Assembly (NCBI RefSeq): GCF_006345805.1
Contig: NC_043003.1
Location: 30,566,001 to 30,630,000 of the forward strand
Direction of reading: 5' to 3'
Length of the DNA: 64,000 nt
From: Octopus sinensis
Lineage: Eukaryota
The notes below the pieces were generated by a model. That model was not told where the DNA came from. It did no database searches and was given only the letters and a program-made list of their open reading frames with translations. Of this stretch, positions 37,745-50,079 are shown one piece after another (the first letter of the stretch is position 1; every line of letters starts with the position of its first letter). A program made the translations under genes and the position numbers.

Positions 37745-38160
37745 AAGAGTGACGACTGTGCTGGTATGGTCATATGATGCATATGGATAAGGACAGCTGT
37801 GTAAAGAAGTACCAGTCTCTAACTGTGGAGGGAACCTGTTGTAAAAGTAGACCCAGGAAGACATGGGACAAGGTGGTGAAATATGATCTTCGAACTTCAC
37901 AGAGGCAATGACTGGTAACTAAGACCTTTGGTGATGTGCTGCGCTTGAGAGGACCTGTCAAACCAACAGCACCCATGCTGTTGGCACATAAAGAGCATCT
38001 TTTGATGTTGGGCCTCATGAAGGTGAAGTGGCTGAGCTCCTTTCGAGCGTTGGGCCTCACGGAGGCAAAGTGGCTGAGCTCCTTTGAGTGTTGGGCCTCG
38101 CAGAGGCAATGACCATTATGTCGTTTGAGAAGACCCATCAAGCCAAGCAAAATCGCAGTC
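37745..38160 (+). mobile_element. RTE-LINE 3' fragment with internal ~42-bp tandem repeats
   Basis: Encodes WYGHMMHMDKDSCVKK...RPRKTWDKVVKYDL (paralog of 24763-24957); repeats of TTGGGCCTCA(C/T)GGAGGCAAAGTGGCTGAGCTCC. Confidence 0.8.
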
Positions 38161-38164
38161 TATT

Positions 38165-38558
<394 letters not shown>

Positions 38559-38816
38559 AATGTTATTTGTTGCTCAGGAAATACAAATGTAATTCCTTAT
38601 CTACATTTTAAAAAAAAATTTAGAAGTGTTTCTGGCTGAGATTAACTGAAGTTAACATGCTAAACTACCAAGAGGCCATGAGTTCAAAACATTCTGGGGA
38701 TGATAACAGTTTATTTTAACTGACAATTAAAATTAAGATCTGAAATTTTTGTAGTAAGGTCTTGGAAATGAATAAAAATTTTTCAAATACTTTTTGGACA
38801 CATTCATTTTCACATA

Positions 38817-39991
38817 CAAGAGTTAGACAAAATAATGGAAACACATAGCATCATAATTTTGAAATATCTATAAAAACATCAAAAGCTTGTTTATTTTTAT
38901 GTTTTTTGATTTATTATTAGTGTTGCTTAATATGATTTGCTAAAATTGCTGTTTCTTTTCAGATATCATCAGAAAAAAGTAATTAAAATTCACTAAAATG
39001 ACAGATCTATCTGACTTCCAAAGACGTCAAATTGTTAGTGCTCGTATGGCAGGTGCTAGCGTAACAAAAACAGCTGAAATATTTGTCTTGAAAGTAATGA
39101 CAGCCTTTGAGGGAAAAACCTCCTCATCAAAACAAAACTTTCAGATAGAGAATGAATTGTTAGAAAGGATCACAAAATTACTCCCCAAATTACTGCAGAG
39201 CTTAATGACCACCTTCATATTTCAAATTTTAGGCTATCAGTTTCCACAAAAACTGCTTGCCAGATTTCACGGGAAGGCTGCAATCAGAAAACCACTATTT
39301 TCAAAAACAAACGTTGCAAAGTGTTTAGAGGGGAGTAAAAATCTACAGAATTGGTCCCTAGAGTAGTGGAAGAATGTTATTTTCCCAGACAAGTCATCCT
39401 TTATCTTATTTCCAACCACTGGCCAAGTATACATGTGGAGACAGCCAAAAGCATTTGACTCAGACTGCCTTCTTCCAACTATTAAACATGGAGGAGGATC
39501 TGTGATGACCTGGCGAGAGGGGCTATATCTTGGAAATCCCTTCATGGTAGAATTTATGGTCAAAACTATTTAAGCATTTTATCTGATCAAATTCATCCTA
39601 TGGTTGCAGAACTGTTTCCAGAGGGAAATGCAATCTTTCAGGATGATAATGCACCAATTCATACAGCTAAATTTGTTATTGAATGGCACGAGGAACATTC
39701 TAGTGAAGTTGAACATCTTATCTGGTGACCACAGTCCCCAGATCTCAATATTATTAAACATTTATGGTGCATTTTAGAAAAACAAGTAAGCAGTTGATAT
39801 CCTCTACCATCATCACTACAGGAACTGGAGACTGTTTTAGCTGAGGAATGGACAAAAATTCCTTTGGAAACAATTCAAACTTTGTATGAATCGATACCAT
39901 CGTAGAATTGAAGCTGTAATTACTGCCAAAGGCAGTCCTACTCTACATCAGAATAAATTTGTTTGAAATTTCCATTATTTTGTCCAACCCC

Positions 39992-39993
<2 letters not shown>
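38817..39993 (+). mobile_element. Tc1-like DNA transposon, 1177 bp, inactive, DD36E spacing
   Basis: ~25-bp TIRs CAAGAGTTAGACAAAATAATGGAAA / TTTCCATTATTTTGTCCAACCCCTG, TA on the left; broken ORF MTDLSDFQRRQIVSARMAGASVTKTA...FQDDNAPIH...SPDLNIIK. Confidence 0.9.
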
Positions 39994-40026
<33 letters not shown>

Positions 40027-40029
40027 GTA

Positions 40030-40250
40030 CATTCATTGTTAAAGTTAGCTATAGTTGCTTCCCCAATATGGGGCCAATAATACTCAACCACAATACAAAT
40101 AAACACACCAGAAACACCCCTGAAAGACAATATAACCTCTTCAAATCACTGTCCTTAAACAATGACTGTCTTGAAAAAAACATATACAAGGCCAAAATCA
40201 TGGGTCCCAACAGCGTAACAAAGTCATACATCGAGAGTTGCATTCGGTAC
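40030..40250 (+). mobile_element. Penelope-like RT/GIY-YIG junction fragment
   Basis: SYSCFPNMGPIILNHN...CLEKNIYKAKI...KSYI resembles the PLE linker and GIY-YIG start. Confidence 0.55.
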
Positions 40251-40542
40251 GATATGTTTATTTGTTTTAGTAATTTTGACTTTGAGTCCCTCCTAGTGTG
40301 TGGCATTTATGTGTAATAATGCCCTCTATATAAATAAATATATTTAAGTGAAAAAATTGGTGGATTTTTTTCTCTTATGAGGTTTTTCACGCTAACTACT
40401 TGATAAATTCTTATGAAGATTTTATCCTATTTTTAAATTTTATATATATATATATATATATATACACACTTTAGAATACACACAACATCTGTAACAGAAT
40501 CTGTACAACTAGAGTATATATATATATATATATATAATATAT

Positions 40543-40580
<38 letters not shown>

Positions 40581-40599
40581 ATCATATGTAGTTGTAAGC

Positions 40600-43500
40600 A
40601 CCAAAGATCTAGGTGTAGGAAGTTAATAAGCTTTGAGTAGTCCATGGTAGGTATAAAAAAACAACTTTCAGGAACAGTAATAGTTTATTAGCACAGAAGG
40701 TTGTATATTTTTCCCATATCGAAGTTCGATAAGCTGAAAAAAGTTTTTTTTTTATATATTCATAGTTAGCAACTAGGATTGCTATGAATGCAAATAAAAA
40801 TCCAAATTGAAGGAGTGGAGCTGGTAAAATTGAGGCTACATGTTTAATTAGCCAGCAGGACCTCAGAACTAATAATTACTCAACGAGAGGTACTCCATTA
40901 ACCACTCATCAGGCTGAAGATACCTCAGTTAAATGAAGGTTACATTGTCATTAAGTAATCTCAAGTTGTAATTTAAAATAAGTGGTGATGCCAGAAGAAC
41001 AGAGTGAAAAAATAAAATGGTCAGTAATAGAAAAGGAGGTGAAAAATATGGGAGTAGGCAATTGTCTAAAGTTTTTAAGAATAAAGAAAAAGAGAGGGGG
41101 GTTGAAGGGGGAATTTAAGTTAGATTGAAGTGGACTGAAGGGAAGGCTGTTGAGACAACTCCAGTTGTCTCAACATAAAACACTGTTTATTGTCATCCAA
41201 TCAATGGACATGATTCAATCATGTGATGTCTTTCACTCCCACATTGTTTATTATTTAAACGTATGTCAATTCATCTGAGAGAATACTTTATTGACTATCA
41301 GGTGATGTTAGATATGTATCGACTCATTGTTGTGGATTTACTCTTTTTGCCTTAGCACACTTGCTGTGGTACAGATGATTCATTTGGCATTGTGGATAAT
41401 TGAAGTTACAGTTCTCCACTTTGCACTTTGGCTTGGAATTGTTTCCTTTGTTCGTTAATAAAGTTATTATCTGAGCACAATATCATTATTCGTCTTTACG
41501 TTATAACAGTTGTTGTGAATATTAAGCTGGAGTCATTTTACTATATCAACTATAGAACTGAAATTGTCAGGAATGAAAAGAAAAGGAAGAAGTCAAATAT
41601 TTAAGAGTGAGAATAAGGTGGATTTGTTAGGAGAGAAGAGAAAAGGGGGAAGAAAGAGAGGAAGATGGGAGATAAAGTTATTAGTCATGAGAGGAACATA
41701 ATTGGAGGTAAATTGGTGGCTTACTACTTAACAGTAAAACTATATATTCAAATATCCTGCATGCATGTTCTGTGAGCCTACAGTAACTTATAGGTGTGCA
41801 TACACCTGCATATTCTCATGTGCAGAGAGGAAGATTAGGGAGATGACAGTTAAGAAAATATAAAGGTAGCTAAAAAAGTTGTATTATAAATACTTCAAGT
41901 TGGGGTGGGAATGCAGGAGGAATAGTTAGGGAATAATTGAGGTGGGTGCCATTAACTATACCTTAAGAATGTGTTACATAACTTGTGTTTACAATTAAGA
42001 ACTAGGTTGCTCCATTCATTCAGGCTATCGCTGCATTGCATAATAGATAAGACTTCTGTGATGCAGAGATCACATTTGTTGTTATAGCTGTTATACGGTT
42101 TGGCAAGGTTAACGATGGACCATTTCATAAGCTATGAATGAGTCTAGATAAAGTCGTTTTAAGCTATAAATGAGTCTAGATAAAGTTCTTGCTTGAGATT
42201 TAAAGCTAAAATAGTGGTTACCAACTCTGACCTTGAAGGTGGTGCTGCATGTGTCAATATATACATATTTGGAATATTCTGTTGATACCGTACATTTATA
42301 TACAATATTTTTTGTGAGGCATCTAAGGGACAGGAGGTGGGGTGTTTACAGCTGCATAGGATTCTAGGTGCTAAAGTGGAGTTTGTGGGGCTATGATTAT
42401 CTGTGATTAACCTGGTGTTATAAGCATTATCTTCTGTGGTCTTAGGGTTGGTATTAGGATTAGGACTGGTGGTGCAAGCAGTGGTGTTGGTAAGGAGGTT
42501 TAAGGATGTTCTAGGGTTACAGATAGGGGGCTGGGAATTAGGGTGTGTTGTATTAGTGTGATTAAAGTTAACTAATTGCTGGTTACTAAGTTTCTTATTG
42601 TTTAGATGTTGGATTATAACAGCAATGATTGTTGTGGGAGAGTAGGAAAATTTAACTGATTGGGGGGTTGAAGATTTTTCAAAGAGAACTGGATTAGGGA
42701 AACGTTTTTCAAGTAGAGCAAAGAAAAGTTTAGGCAGTCTGGTCTGAACATTAAAGGCAAAGGGGTGTGTGGAACCAGATAACATTGTGTGTCTTGGTCC
42801 GTCTATTCTGTTTTAGGGGATTACCTGAGTATGCTTGGGGTATGGAGGTGTGCACTGGCATGGATTTCAATGGGCAGTGGTGGATTTGGGATCCAGAATC
42901 ACAGGGTGAGAGAAGTACCTATTGGGTTTGCTACTACAGTAAAATTTTGGGGAATAGGGGGAGGGTGGAATATGGGGGATACCTAGGGTTCTTTCTAAGG
43001 GGGCAGATGTATCTGTGGTGTCAGGTTCAGTGGGGGAAAGACCACTCCATATATGAGGTATCTAATTGAGTTTTTTTTATATCTAACATGGTGTAAGGTG
43101 CAGCTGTAATATTCAGTGTATTGCTCGAATATTGGCCCCATTAAGGTGTAGAAATAGTTAGAAGTATCCTTGCAGGTCCAAAGTTTTCCATCAAATTTTA
43201 TAATAGTTCAATGAGCTGCCAGGATAATACTGATATCACCTCTAGTTAGGTCAGAATATTTTAGTACAAATATGAGGGCTGTGCTAAGTAGGATAGAGGA
43301 TAAGATGGAATAGTACTTGTCTATATCAACTTGAATGAATTTGTATTTACCTTTGGGGCTTAAGGATTTAAACCATTGGATGGCTTCAGTGGTGTTAGTC
43401 CAGAGGTCTAGTGTAATTTTAAAATGAAGTTGGGGTAGAATTCTACCTAATAGAACTTTTCTAATCCTATCTGTATCAGAGCTTGAGAGGCAGATGAGGC

Positions 43501-44435
43501 AAACGGAAGGGTTCACAGCAAAATTTTCCTTGTGGTCCTTTCAGTGAATATGAGGTAATTGAAGTATGAAAGGTTCAGTTCTATCTTCTAAGCCAAGATC
43601 TCTTGAGGTTGATACCTGTCAGGACAGAGTCTGGCACAATACAGTAGTACTTGTGCAGCTGTTTAAGTATCAATTCCTGGTATGTTGTGTAGGTTGTCAG
43701 TCTTGTCTGCATGGATGAGGATTCCTGAATATTTCTGAAGTTTCCTGATGATATTGTTGATCATAGGTGAGAATTGGGAGCTCTTTTTCTGGGTTTAAAT
43801 TTGATATTTTTAATAAGATTGATTAGGTCCTGTTCAAAATTATCCAGATTTTAGTTAGGAATGGGATTTTTATAAAGTCTTGGTGAGTCGGGTTTTTGTA
43901 GTTGGTCATGGAATTGTTAAGACAGAAGGCCTTCCACCGAATTTGGCGAATCGGTACATTGGTACAGTCATCATCATCATCGTTTAACGTCCGCTTTCCA
44001 TGTTAGCATGGGTTGTATAGTGAATCATGAAAATATATTGTTTTATTCGTTAGGGGAATATCTGATAGTTTAGCTTCATTATGTTTCCATTCCCATGTCT
44101 TCCGCACTGTCAGTGTTCACAGAATAATGATATGTAATTATAAGATCCAAGGATCTAGGTGTAGGAAGTTAGTAAGCTTTGAGCAATCCATGGTAGATAT
44201 AAAAACAATAACAGTTTATAGATGTAGAAGGTTTAGGTTTCTCCCATAGTTTGATAAGCTGAAAAATCTTGGGATTCCTTAATGACAATGTAATCTTCAT
44301 TTAACTAAAGTATCTCTGGCCTGATGAATAGCTAGTGGAGTACCCCTCATTGAGTAATTATTACTTCCGAGGTTCTACTAGCTAGGAAATATATGTAGCC
44401 TGGATTTTACCAGCTCAATTCCTTCAATTTGGATA
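40600..44435 (-). mobile_element. Large decayed Penelope-like element with terminal repeats
   Basis: RT-like NPSVCLI...WTNTTEAIQWF...FIQVDIDKYYSI (43208-43516); FFALLEKRFP..SYS..CSCKHPTSCPLD (42159-42785); 40600-40740 repeated directly at 44147-44265 and 40800-40955 repeated inverted at 44270-44435. Confidence 0.7.
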
Positions 44436-44864
44436 TATATACGTATATACACACACACACATACAAATATATAAAAGATTTAATACATTTTAATACATAT
44501 ATACTACGATGAAATGTTTTGTTATGGTTTGTGCATTATATTTCTAGCATAAAAAACTGTAATGTTAACCAGTGATATAATGTGAATACATTTCTCAGTT
44601 ATTTGCCCACAATTTCAAATAAATCACAGGTATCTTTTCTCCATTCTGGATATTTCTTACTTTTAACTTTTTCAGTTCAGTCACATGAAAACAGGAAGAT
44701 GTCCTTGGACCCAATACCAAACCTGAATTCTAACAGTGGACTTCACTAAAGAGAACTTCACAGAACACAACAACCAGATTGTGATGCTAAGTCCAGAAAC
44801 AAATTAAATCTTCCACTCATATATAAATGTGATTCCAAATTGTTAAGTCACCACTTAAGGAAAA

Positions 44865-46469
44865 TTATTTATCATCTGATTTCTTTTCTACATGAGCAAG
44901 CTTGTGAGTATTTAGATAACCACTTTGAGAGAATGATTTACCACAAATATCACAGTGATATGGTTTCTCTCCTGTATGAATGCGTTTGTGAGTTGTTAAG
45001 TGACTATCTATGGAGAATGATTTACCACAAATATCGCAGTGATATGGTCTCTCTCCTGTATGGATACGTTTGTGTTTAGTTAAACTACATGGTACAGAGA
45101 ATGATTTGCCACATACATCACAGAGATATGGTTTCTCTCCTGTATGAATGCGTTTGTGAGTTGTTAAGATATTTGTTTGAGAGAATGATTTACCACAGAT
45201 ATCACAGTTATATGGTTTCTCTCCTGTATGAATATGTTTGTGGGTAGTTAAATAACCACTTTGAGAGAATGATTTACCACAGACATCACAGTGATATGGC
45301 TTCTCTCCTGTATGAATACGCTTGTGAATAGTTAATTCCCCATTTCGAGAGAAAGATTTACCACAGAAATCACAGATATATGGCTTCTCTCCAGTATGAA
45401 GGTGTCTGTTAATAGTGTGATGATCTCTTCGAGAAAATGATTTACCAGAGATATCACAATATGTTTTCTCTCCTGTATGACAACGTTTATGAGTAGTTAT
45501 TTCCCCATATCGAGAGAATTTTTTATCACAGATATCACAGTGATATGGCTTCACTCCTGTATGAATATGTTTATGAATAGTTAAAGAATCACTTCTAGCA
45601 AATGTTTTACCACAGATATCACAGTGATATGGCTTCTCCCCTGTATGAATACGCTTATGAGTAGTTAATTTGCCATTTCTAGAAAATGATTTTCCACAAA
45701 TATCACAATGATATGGTTTCTCTCCTGTATGAATATGTTTGTGAGTGGTTAAGTAACTACTTTGGGAAAATGATTTATCACAGATATCACAGTGATAAGG
45801 TTTCTCCCCTGTGTGAATACGTATGTGAGTAGTTAAGTGAACGGTTGTAGAAAAGGATTTTCCACAAGTATGACAGTGATATGGCTTCTCACCTGTATGA
45901 ATACGTTCATGAGTAGTTAAATCACCACTTCGAGAGAATGATTTATCACAGATATTACAGTGATATGGCTTCTCTCCTGTATGAATACGTCTGTGGGTAG
46001 TTAATTCGCTACTGCGAGAGAATGATTTACCACAAGTATCACAGTGATATGGCTTCACTCCACTATGAATACGTTTATGAGTAGTAAGGTAACTACTTTG
46101 AGAGAATGACTTACCACAAATATCACAGTGATATGGTTTCACTCCTGTATGAATGCGTATGTGAGTAGCGAGGTGAACTTTTGTAGAGAATGATTTACTA
46201 CAGATATCACATTTATATGGCCTCTCTCCTGTATGAATACGACAGTGTGTAGTTAAGGAACCTTTCTGAGAAAATGATTTGCCACAGAAACCACAGTGAT
46301 ATGGTTTCTCTCCAGTATGTGAATGCAAGTATTTAATTGGGTTAGTTTTTTTAGATATATCACTGTGGTTTGATGGTTTTTCTATCTGTTTTAATATCTC
46401 ATTAGGAAAATCAATTGTTTTTGATTGTATTTCATATTCATCCTGATTCTCACATAATTCATTTTCCAT
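44865..46469 (-). CDS. ZNF-4: C2H2 poly-zinc-finger protein, 534 aa, 16 canonical plus 1 broken internal finger
   Basis: Open ORF; leader [10 protein letters not shown] is related to ZNF-3 [10 protein letters not shown]. Confidence 0.95.
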   Translation of the reverse strand: MENELCENQDEYEIQSKTIDFPNEILKQIEKPSNHSDISKKTNPIKYLHSHTGEKPYHCGFCGKSFSQKGSLTTHCRIHTGERPYKCDICSKSFSTKVHLATHIRIHTGVKPYHCDICGKSFSQSSYLTTHKRIHSGVKPYHCDTCGKSFSRSSELTTHRRIHTGEKPYHCNICDKSFSRSGDLTTHERIHTGEKPYHCHTCGKSFSTTVHLTTHIRIHTGEKPYHCDICDKSFSQSSYLTTHKHIHTGEKPYHCDICGKSFSRNGKLTTHKRIHTGEKPYHCDICGKTFARSDSLTIHKHIHTGVKPYHCDICDKKFSRYGEITTHKRCHTGEKTYCDISGKSFSRRDHHTINRHLHTGEKPYICDFCGKSFSRNGELTIHKRIHTGEKPYHCDVCGKSFSQSGYLTTHKHIHTGEKPYNCDICGKSFSQTNILTTHKRIHTGEKPYLCDVCGKSFSVPCSLTKHKRIHTGERPYHCDICGKSFSIDSHLTTHKRIHTGEKPYHCDICGKSFSQSGYLNTHKLAHVEKKSDDK

Positions 46470-46933
46470 AATTTTCTTTTTTCACCACAATATACAAATA
46501 TTTTTCCATCAACTCTGTTCTTTGTTGATATCTAAAGATTCTGCAAATTGTTACTTACAAGGTGATTTATCACAAGAAAACATTTCTGAGAAAGTATTCC
46601 AATATAGTTTATTACAAAAGAACTGTTATGTAATAAGAAATACGTATGGTAACGCTAAAATAGATCCATTTATCCAGACTTATCCAAAAACGAAGTTTCT
46701 TTCAAGAAAAACCAGCTTTATCTTCTTAGTAAATTTATCCAAGTTTAATTAAAGCTGTCTTGTACTTATTCCAGAGAGTGAAGTAGAGAAATGTAAATAA
46801 TCTCATTTCAGAGGAATTATTTCGCCGTAATTCAACCATAGATTTATATAAACAGGATTTTATCAGTTGTGGAAAACATCTTTAAAGATGACAAACATTG
46901 AGTTATTTGCAGGTAATTATCAGTCATTATCAT

Positions 46934-47864
46934 CTGAAATAATAAAAGAAACAATGTTAAAGACAAACTTGAACAATAGAGACTGAAAAGGAAACCTCAT
47001 TTATAAAGATTACATCATACAGCTTTGTAAACTCCATATTGTGTACCATATCTTAAACTACACAATAGTAAACCATAACATTTTTCTTCCGTAAGCAACG
47101 TTATTTCTTGTTGCTTAGTCCCAGGTCAGACATGATGAACAACATTATAACCATGACCATCCCGTCTTTTATTCAGACAATGTATCAAGGAAGCATTATT
47201 CTCCAATGATGTTATTTGATAACAAGCCAATGAAGATGTGGAAATTAATGAAATTCTAGCGGCCGTTCTGTTTACATTCAGTACCACACCCGTCAACATC
47301 TCTAATGACCAATGAAATTATATTTTTCATTGGTTAATTAATTGATCATGTACACCTCATCTGGACAAGGGTCTTCTACCAAAGCCTTGCCAGTGGATTT
47401 AGTAGACGGAAAATGAAAGACCGTCGTACGTGTGTGCGTGTTTGCGTCTGCCTTTGTCTCCTCCGTCCCCGCCTGACAACGGGTGTTGGTGTGTTTACGT
47501 CCCCAAAACCTTGCGGTTCGACAAAAGAGACCGATAGAATAATACCGGTTTACAAACAAGTACTGAGGTCGATACGTTCGCCTAAAATTCTTCAAGGCCG
47601 CAGTCCAATGACTGAAACAAGGTAAAAGATAGACCTATACAAATAATTCGATATAATACTTACATTTTAATGTAGACTGAATGGTTAAAAGGTCAATTTC
47701 ACCACAATCTCCAACTCTTGAGTTTATTTGTGAGACAATGTAAAACGCAGAGACACCGATGATTTTTGTCAGAGAAAACTTTACACAAATAGTCTGTCTA
47801 ACATCTTATTGGAAATGCGTGTGTGTGTGTGTGTATATGTGCGAATTTAGATATATTTCATTAC
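46934..47864 (-). other. Predicted 5'UTR intron of ZNF-4 (931 nt)
   Basis: Acceptor TTTTATTATTTCAG at 46934; candidate donor CCG|GTAATG at 47864 next to a CpG-rich patch with CACTTCCTG (48019-48027). Confidence 0.5.
47362..47629 (+). mobile_element. SINE family A, 5'-truncated
   Basis: Matches 32890-33190 (GTGTGTTTACGTCCCC, GACCGATAGAATAA, AATGACTGAAACAA). Confidence 0.8.
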
Positions 47865-48100
47865 CGGAGAAATCTTCTTTTACGCTGGTGATATTTTGCC
47901 CGACCAGGATAAAATCAACATGTCATACACAGTAGAATAAATGTACAAGTTAGAAAGCTCCATCGATGGACAATAAAATAAGATTACAAAACAATGGCGA
48001 CCGACAATTTCGTACATCCACTTCCTGATTCAGAACGAGGCTTATTTCATTCTTATCCGCTACTGAAGGAAAAGGGAGGAGAATGTCTTGAGTGAATATT

Positions 48101-48312
48101 CTTTTCTACTCTAGGCACAACGCCCGAAATTTTGGGGGAGTGGGTCAGTCGATTAGATCGACCCTAGTACTCAACTGGTACTTAATTTATCGACCCCGAA
48201 AGGATGAAAGGCAAAGTTGACCTCGGCGGAATTTGAACTCAGAACGTAAATACAGACGAAACACCGCTAAGCATTTCACCCGGCGTGCTAACGTTTCTGC
48301 CAACTCGCAGCC
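48101..48312 (-). mobile_element. SINE family B, full-length with a perfect 15-bp target-site duplication
   Basis: TCTTGAGTGAATATT flanks both sides (48086-48100, 48313-48327); A/B boxes present. Confidence 0.92.
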
Positions 48313-48624
48313 TCTTGAGTGAATATTGCTATACAAAAGGTGCTGACTGCAATGCTAATAGGAGTACAAAATGTACTAGCAGAGGGTTATTCAGGACTCG
48401 TGACCTTGATGTGATCCGGCCCGTTAGTGTGTAAGGAGTTAAGAACCGAAACACCTGCATGAGTTGGGCTTCTCTGAAGATCTTCTGCTGTTCTCTCTAT
48501 TAAGTTTATTTTCTTTTTAATAACAATAACACATTTTTGGATTAATCATAAATCGTTACTAATAAAAAAAAGTGTGTCGCCCTCCCCACCCCAATATATA
48601 TATATTATATGTTAAAAGCAATTT

Positions 48625-48793
48625 AGTCTATGTCCAGTCGTAGAATGACCAATGGTTTCGTAATGACAAAGCTTTAACCTCGTGGACGTCTTGTCAGACT
48701 CTAAAGCCGGCTTTAGAGCCTGACGAGTTCTTCACGAGGCTAAAGCCTTTGTGGGTGAAAAACCATTGGTCACTCTACGACTAGACATAGACT
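48625..48793. repeat. 169-nt near-perfect palindrome (MITE-like)
   Basis: 34-bp outer stem with 2 mismatches, further internal stems, centre CTCTAAAGCCGGCTTTAGAG is a perfect palindrome. Confidence 0.9.
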
Positions 48794-48817
48794 CGATTAC
48801 TTTTAATACATTACTGT

Positions 48818-49146
48818 GGAGGCGCAATAGCTCAGTCGTTAGGGCAGCGGACTCGCGCTCACAGGATCGCGGTTTCGATTCCCAGAACGGGGGCGTTGTG
48901 AGTGGCTATTGAGCGAAAACACTTAAAGCTTCGCGAGGCTCCGGTAGAGGGTGGTGGCGAACCCTGCCGTGCTCTTTCACCATAACTTTCTCTCACTCTT
49001 CCTGTTTCTGTTGTACCTGCATTTCATAGGACCAGCCATGTCTCACTGTGTCACGCTGAATTTCCCCGAGAACTACGTTAAGGGTACACGTTCCGTTGAT
49101 TGGATCAACTGGAACCTTCGTCGTCGTAATCGACGGAGTGCCGTAG
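48818..49146 (+). mobile_element. tRNA-derived SINE family C
   Basis: tRNA-like head (TAGCTCAGTCG, GTTTCGATTCC) continuing into a non-tRNA body; approximate 14-bp TSD TAATACATTACTGT / TAATACATAACTGC. Confidence 0.75.
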
Positions 49147-49457
49147 TAATACATAACTGCTCTAAGCTTTAGAGTTTGCTTTTTTACGGATACACGATAC
49201 ATTGACGTTCGCAACTGGTATTAATCCGTATGTAAGATAACAAGCACGGTTAAGTAATACAGTGTACTCAAGAGAGGTAGAGGGTATGCAAAAATAGTAT
49301 AGCGATTACCCTCCGGTATTGAAAGTAAAAAAAAAACCCTATCCGGTTTGTGGGTACTGTGAAAAAAGACGAAACGAACTGAACAAGGGTTTAATCAAGA
49401 GTTAAGTCCCTTGGCCACGAATTCTCGGAGATGTTTTTCATCTGTAAAACTTTTCAC

Positions 49458-49707
49458 ATACCCTTCCCCCACCCCTAACCATAACTGTAAACCTAAAATA
49501 GATTGAAATGCAATAGATAGATACTAGGGTTATAATTATGGGTGACAATTTCATACGACACTGCTACGGAAAATGGGATATTTTTCTAGTGGTGTCAAAT
49601 GAAATTGTCACCCATAATTATAACTCTAGTATCGATCTATTGCATTTCAATCTATTTTAGGGTTAGGTTTAGAGTTATGGTTAGGGTTAGGGGTGGGGGA
49701 AGGGTAT
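49458..49707. repeat. 250-bp palindromic element with TTAGGG-like subterminal repeats
   Basis: Arms GTTATAATTATGGGTGACAATTTCAT / ATGAAATTGTCACCCATAATTATAAC and CCCTAACC / GGTTAGGG. Confidence 0.85.
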
Positions 49708-50079
49708 CTTTTTATTCTTCGCAAATGTAAATAAACCCAATCTGTTTCTTAAACGAGGGACATATTCATACAGCACGGAATGTTTTCACCCCAAATGGAG
49801 GTCAGCGATTGGTTAAGATTGCCGAAATATGTTATAACATATAGAATTTTCTCAATAAAGCCAAGAAAAAAATGTTTTATAAACACATTCTACCAGTATA
49901 CGAAGTTTTAAAATGTTTAGTTAACTAGAAATTGTGTTGAAAACTGCCGTTCAAAAGGAAAAGATCCGTTCGTTGTTTTTGTTTTTATTTATTATTCTCT
50001 GTGTTCGAATCTTACTTTCATTCAAACTGTACGCTAAAATATGACTTAACAAGGAGGAAATTATACATAAACACAGAAA

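Noticed and set aside
40870-40925. CTGATGA hammerhead-like cores here (minus strand) and near 44321
   Set aside because: No GAAA follows the putative stem II in either copy, so the fold cannot be completed.
46470-46933. Fossil fingers within the ZNF-4 leader (TTTCTCAGAAA, ATTGTGGTGAAA)
   Set aside because: Only short matches with no 84-nt periodicity I could confirm; a translated HMM scan would be needed.
48715-48770. CTGACGAG...GAAAAA inside the 169-nt palindrome as a hammerhead
   Set aside because: No convincing stem II or stem I; the sequence is fully explained as a palindrome arm.
48818-48895. Possible tRNA gene
   Set aside because: A and B boxes are present, but I could not form a complete cloverleaf, and the sequence continues into a SINE body flanked by an approximate TSD.
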